A stretch of DNA of 61,503 nucleotides, filler included, from Stramenopiles sp. TOSAG23-6 (lineage: Eukaryota): NCBI GenBank assembly GCA_900128565.1. It is 4 parts of 4 records of this genome, joined end to end, with 100 filler letters (N's around TTAATTAATTAA, not from the genome) between each part and the next. Parts side by side here need not be neighbours in the genome. Positions count along the whole stretch, not along the records: positions 46,231 to 61,503 come from LT636122.1; 3 more parts are not named here. One strand, 5' to 3'. The notes beneath the pieces were generated by a model. The model was not told where the DNA came from, did no database searches, and saw only the letters and a program-made list of their open reading frames with translations. The translations under genes were made by a program, and so were the position numbers. This document shows positions 57,607 to 61,503 of the stretch, in pieces (position 1 is the stretch's first letter; every line of letters starts with the position of its first letter).

Positions 57607-60061
57607 TTATAGCAAGGATTGTTCCTCATATTTTAGCATTTCACTATCGTACTCCAAAGCTATCACGTCTAATTCATGTTGAGACATTTGATAATATCCC
57701 TTAAAATAAGGATGTCTTTTTATATCACGCACAGTTGGAATATAATCAATAAATTCATTATTGATAAGTGTTGGATGCTTCGTTTCGCTTTCTTTGCAAT
57801 TAATAAAATTTTCAGAGAAGTCACATGCACTGAGCATGTATTATGAAAACATATTTCAAAAATTTGAAATTTGTTAGGTACGGTATTTGATATAAATAAA
57901 TTTGATATAAATAAATTTGAAACAATAAATTTGAAACAATAAATTTGAAACAATAAATTTGAAATTCAATATGTAAACGTACATAGATCCAAGACTACTA
58001 GATACCTTTGCATTCTCTATATTCACTACTACTTTTTTTTTCCACTCTGTTGCACTATCAGCAAATGAATCCATTTCTTTTTCATCTTTTGTTTCAATCT
58101 GGTCATTTATTCTAGAGTCTTCTTCATATTTCATCATCTCAACTTCATTTGCTCCTGTATTAGCCCATTGGCTCATGAACTTCATACGCCGAGATGCTTC
58201 GACTTCTTTTCTCTGCTTCTTTATTCGTGCTAAGTACTCATATCGCCAACGTGGCATAAAAGAAATCTCAATGTCAACTATTCCAGTATTCGTCGCTTGG
58301 AAAATGGGCGATACACCTTCACATGACCAGGCCCCGGATGAAGGATATATAGGGCATTGTTGAATACTTCCTGGTTGTATTTTTTCACCACCATTATCAT
58401 CCTGGTCATGGCATTGCATGACCCAAACCCACTCACCTACCTTGCGTGGAACGTTATTCAACGGTTTTGATTTTTGCATATGCTCATTGATATATTTGTC
58501 TACTGAATGTGGTGTTAAGTCAAGTCGGAAAAAATCACCTTTATGAAATGTTATACCTGAAAGAAGCATTTCCAATGATATAGCACAACTCTGAGGCCTT
58601 GCCCAATTTCCTAAACCTAATAAATCCCTTAGTATCCCTCCAAGATCTGCAGCTAGTTTCTGATTTCGGCGTTGTAAGACATGTACTGCCTCATTCCGAT
58701 TATGAACGTCGGAGATTCCGACACCAGATCCAGCGACGAGATTTTCACCCCAAGGCATATTTGCTAGTTGAACACATTTTCCACTGTCAGATACTACTAT
58801 ATTATCCAGCGTTAATGACCCATTTAACTGAAAAGTGCTATACCTCTCAATATCAGAAAGTGAATTAGTTATCTCAGAGGCCCAGTAACGAAATAATATA
58901 CTTTTTTCAGTCATTGACCTTTCAAATTTATCGTTTTCATCCGCGTAATTTATGCGTTGTAAAACATCAACCATTGAAGACATTGTACTGTTACTATATA
59001 CTAAAACTCGTGAAGATTTAGCAATATTATAATAATTTCCCATACATTTGCTTACGTGGCGTGACATGAACCATGAAAAAATATTTCAAAACTTTAAAAT
59101 TTGTTAATTACAAAATTTGGTATAAAAATATATGAAATTTGAAATGAATGATTATAACGTACATTATCATTTGTCTATTTGCAGCCCATGTTCTTTCTAT
59201 CGCATTTCTTATTGGAGTAGGAACTCCTGCATTAGGTAATACTACACAAAAAAATCCATTTTTAAAATTATTTCCTCCGTCATTTTCTCGTTGTACTTCG
59301 TTGTTTTCAAGTGTCCTACTTTTATTCTTAGATTCTCTGGGTTTAACCACACACACACGTACACCAAATTGATTCATACTACCACATGATAAACCTACTT
59401 TATCGCAGAATACATTTGTAGATTTGTTCATAACTCGTGAAAGAACATTACGCGATATGGAGTTTTGATAACGATATATTGTAGATTCGATTATGTTGGC
59501 ATGATTTCTTTGGTACTCAAATGAGCTTATTGAAATATCAGGATCGATCACTAAAGCATTCCAAAAAAGTAGTTGAAGAGCAGCTTGTGAATTTTGAAGG
59601 TAGTAATTAACTGTTGCAGTATTCAATGTGGCACTTGTAGTTTGTAGTGACAGTCGTAAATCCTCAATTGTTTGAATGGCTTGAAGTGCACTATTTCGCC
59701 CAAATGAAACTGGCTTTAATTTTTGATTTCTACAGTATTTGTATAATTCAATAGGGAGTTTTCTTATGTTTCTCTTCAACTGTAGTGCCGTTTCATCTTC
59801 TTCGAGTAAATTCTGAACAAGTTTGATTTGAAATGTAGTTACATCTAAACCAACTGTAGAATGTGCTTTTTCTTTCTGACCGAAGGCTCCAGAGTTTTTT
59901 TCATGTTCTTTCCAAATACGTTCTAATAAGGGCAGATCATTCTGAGTAATCAAGCCGCGATCTGTTCCATCTTGTAATAGCGATTCCCATTGTGTACTGC
60001 TAGTGATACAGCCATCAGGAGACACCCGCAGAAACATCTGTTTGTATTCGTCGCCATTCAT
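57607..60061 (-). CDS. Hypothetical protein with a degenerate protein-kinase-like C-terminal region; exons 60061-59163, 59065-57983, 57835-57607
   Basis: LTLDNIVV...VQLANMPWG and PTVRDIKRHPYF resemble kinase C-lobe motifs without HRD/DFG. Confidence 0.6.
57836..57982 (-). mobile_element. Family intron, GT..AT, 147 nt, with an internal 14-15-bp tandem repeat
   Basis: LGSM|LSAC; AATAAATTTGA(A/T)A repeated ~5 times. Confidence 0.8.
59066..59162 (-). mobile_element. Divergent family intron, GT..AT, 97 nt
   Basis: QMIM|SRHV; core variant TATACCAAATTTTGTAATTAAC. Confidence 0.8.
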
Positions 60062-60396
60062 CTCTCACGCAAATGTTGAATAAATGTTTGAGAGCTTATT
60101 CTTGAGGAAATAATTTGAACTTGGTTTTGAATGAATCAAGTATTACGTTGGCAGGTCTACGTCTTTTAAAATGGTAAAAAAATACGTAGTATATACTATA
60201 CACTACACAATATGGATACTTTTCTGTTTGACGTTGTTTGTTTCGGTTTGTTTCCGTTATTTCGAACACGAACGACACGAAATCGAGCGCAAAAAATAAT
60301 CTAAATCGGCGTTGGGTATCATATAATAAATACATCATTTGTTTTACACAATTACACACACATGACCAAATATAATATATTTTCGTACTGGTGAAA

Positions 60397-61503
60397 ATGC
60401 CGAAAATACTGTTACGATTGATACTTCTTCTTCTACTTTTTGGTAACTCTTCTTCGAGATTAAAAGAAGATGTTTGCCGAGGCTTAGCTCTTAGCGGTGG
60501 AGGTGCGAAAGGTGCTTACGAAGCAGGTGTGTTACTAGGCCTAACTTCATTGTTACCAGTAAATGAAACAAAATGGGACGTTGTTACTGGGATTTCAGCT
60601 GGTTCCTTGCTCACGTCGTTTATGGCAAAGTACCCCATTGGCAAAGAAGCAGAATGTGCAAAAGCTATGGTACAATTAACCTCAACAATGGATCGAAGCA
60701 CGATTTTTCAAAATTGGTGGCCATTTGGTCCTCTTCAAGGACTACTTGTTGAACGTGGCTTGTACGACACTGCACCTGAACGTGAGTTCCTCAATGGCGA
60801 GATAGGGAGTGGAATTATACCACCTTCTCTGGGAGGACGTAGAATAGTTATTGGAGCAACGTCTGATACTTCTGGCATTCTTCAAACTTGGAATGAAACT
60901 GCCACAACTTCTGAGTTGATTGAGGGAGTCATGGCTAGTAGCGCAATTCCTGGAGTCTTTCCAGCACAAGAAATAACAAATGGTCCTCACAAGGGTGATT
61001 TTTTTTCAGATGGTGGTGTTTTATATGGTGTAAACATTGTTGATGCAATTTTACGATGTCGAGAAATTGTGGGTGATGAAGCTGATAAGTCTATCACTAT
61101 GTACGTTTTCATCCTTCATTTCATTTCAATTTTTTTTTACTATGAAAATTTGTACCTAACAAAAACATTAATATTTTTTCACAAAACATTGATATTATCT
61201 TGACTGACGGTGCGTTTCTATTTAATTTGCCTAACAAACAAGCTGAGAAATTGCACTCAATAGGAGTACTTTTAAGATCATTTGATATAATGCGATATAG
61301 CAATTCAATGGAAGATGTACATTTTCATCATTGATTTCAATTCGTTTTTTTTTCATACGAAATTTTGTAATTAACAAAAAAAACTCAAAAAAAATATTTT
61401 TCACAAAATATGTAGATTATGCTCGTTTTGCTTATCCAAACGTGAACTTCAGGTATTTGATATACCCGTCGGTCCCTCTAAAAGGGCCTTTAGATTTCGA
61501 TCC
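60397..61503 (+). CDS. Secreted patatin-like phospholipase, 3'-truncated; exons 60397-61100, 61190-61316, 61412-end
   Basis: LALSGGGAKGAYEAG, GISAG, ASSAIPGVFP, DGG motifs; signal peptide. Confidence 0.9.
61101..61189 (+). mobile_element. Family intron, GT..AT, 89 nt
   Basis: KSITI|DIILT. Confidence 0.85.
61317..61411 (+). mobile_element. Family intron, GT..AT, 95 nt
   Basis: SMED|VDYARFAYPNVNFRY; the AG 4 nt downstream leads to a stop; ATGTA direct repeat. Confidence 0.85.

Overview
AT-rich eukaryotic DNA using the standard genetic code. It is probably a flagellated protist, plausibly a stramenopile (inference from alpha-tubulin, DNAAF6/PIH1D3 and the LRR type). The window is four unrelated ~15.3-kb contigs joined by artificial N-TTAATTAATTAA-N spacers (15331-15430, 30753-30852, 46131-46230). 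About 27 protein genes are present, including TRRAP, RFC3, RRP41, alpha-tubulin, IMP2, a PP2A-family phosphatase, TRM13-like, DNAAF6, patatin and a 3,673-aa surface protein. The main signal is a family of ~90-150-nt near-identical insertions (30 complete, 4 partial). All lie in coding sequence and in the host gene's sense orientation. Consensus: GTAYGT-(T-rich)-TTTCGTACGAAATTTTGTACCTAAC-(T/A-rich)-AAATATTTTTCCAAAATAC-NN. Removing them restores reading frames, yet only 1 of 30 ends in AG; 21 end in AT and others in TT, AA, AC, TC or CG. The terminal NN usually repeats the last two exonic bases, as a target-site duplication would. The 20-nt core also occurs exactly in the subterminal inverted repeat of a 448-bp TA-flanked MITE at 36535-36982. 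This looks like a transposon-derived introner family spliced with non-AG acceptors, coexisting with ordinary GT-AG introns. Splicing is inferred from frame and motif restoration and needs transcript confirmation.
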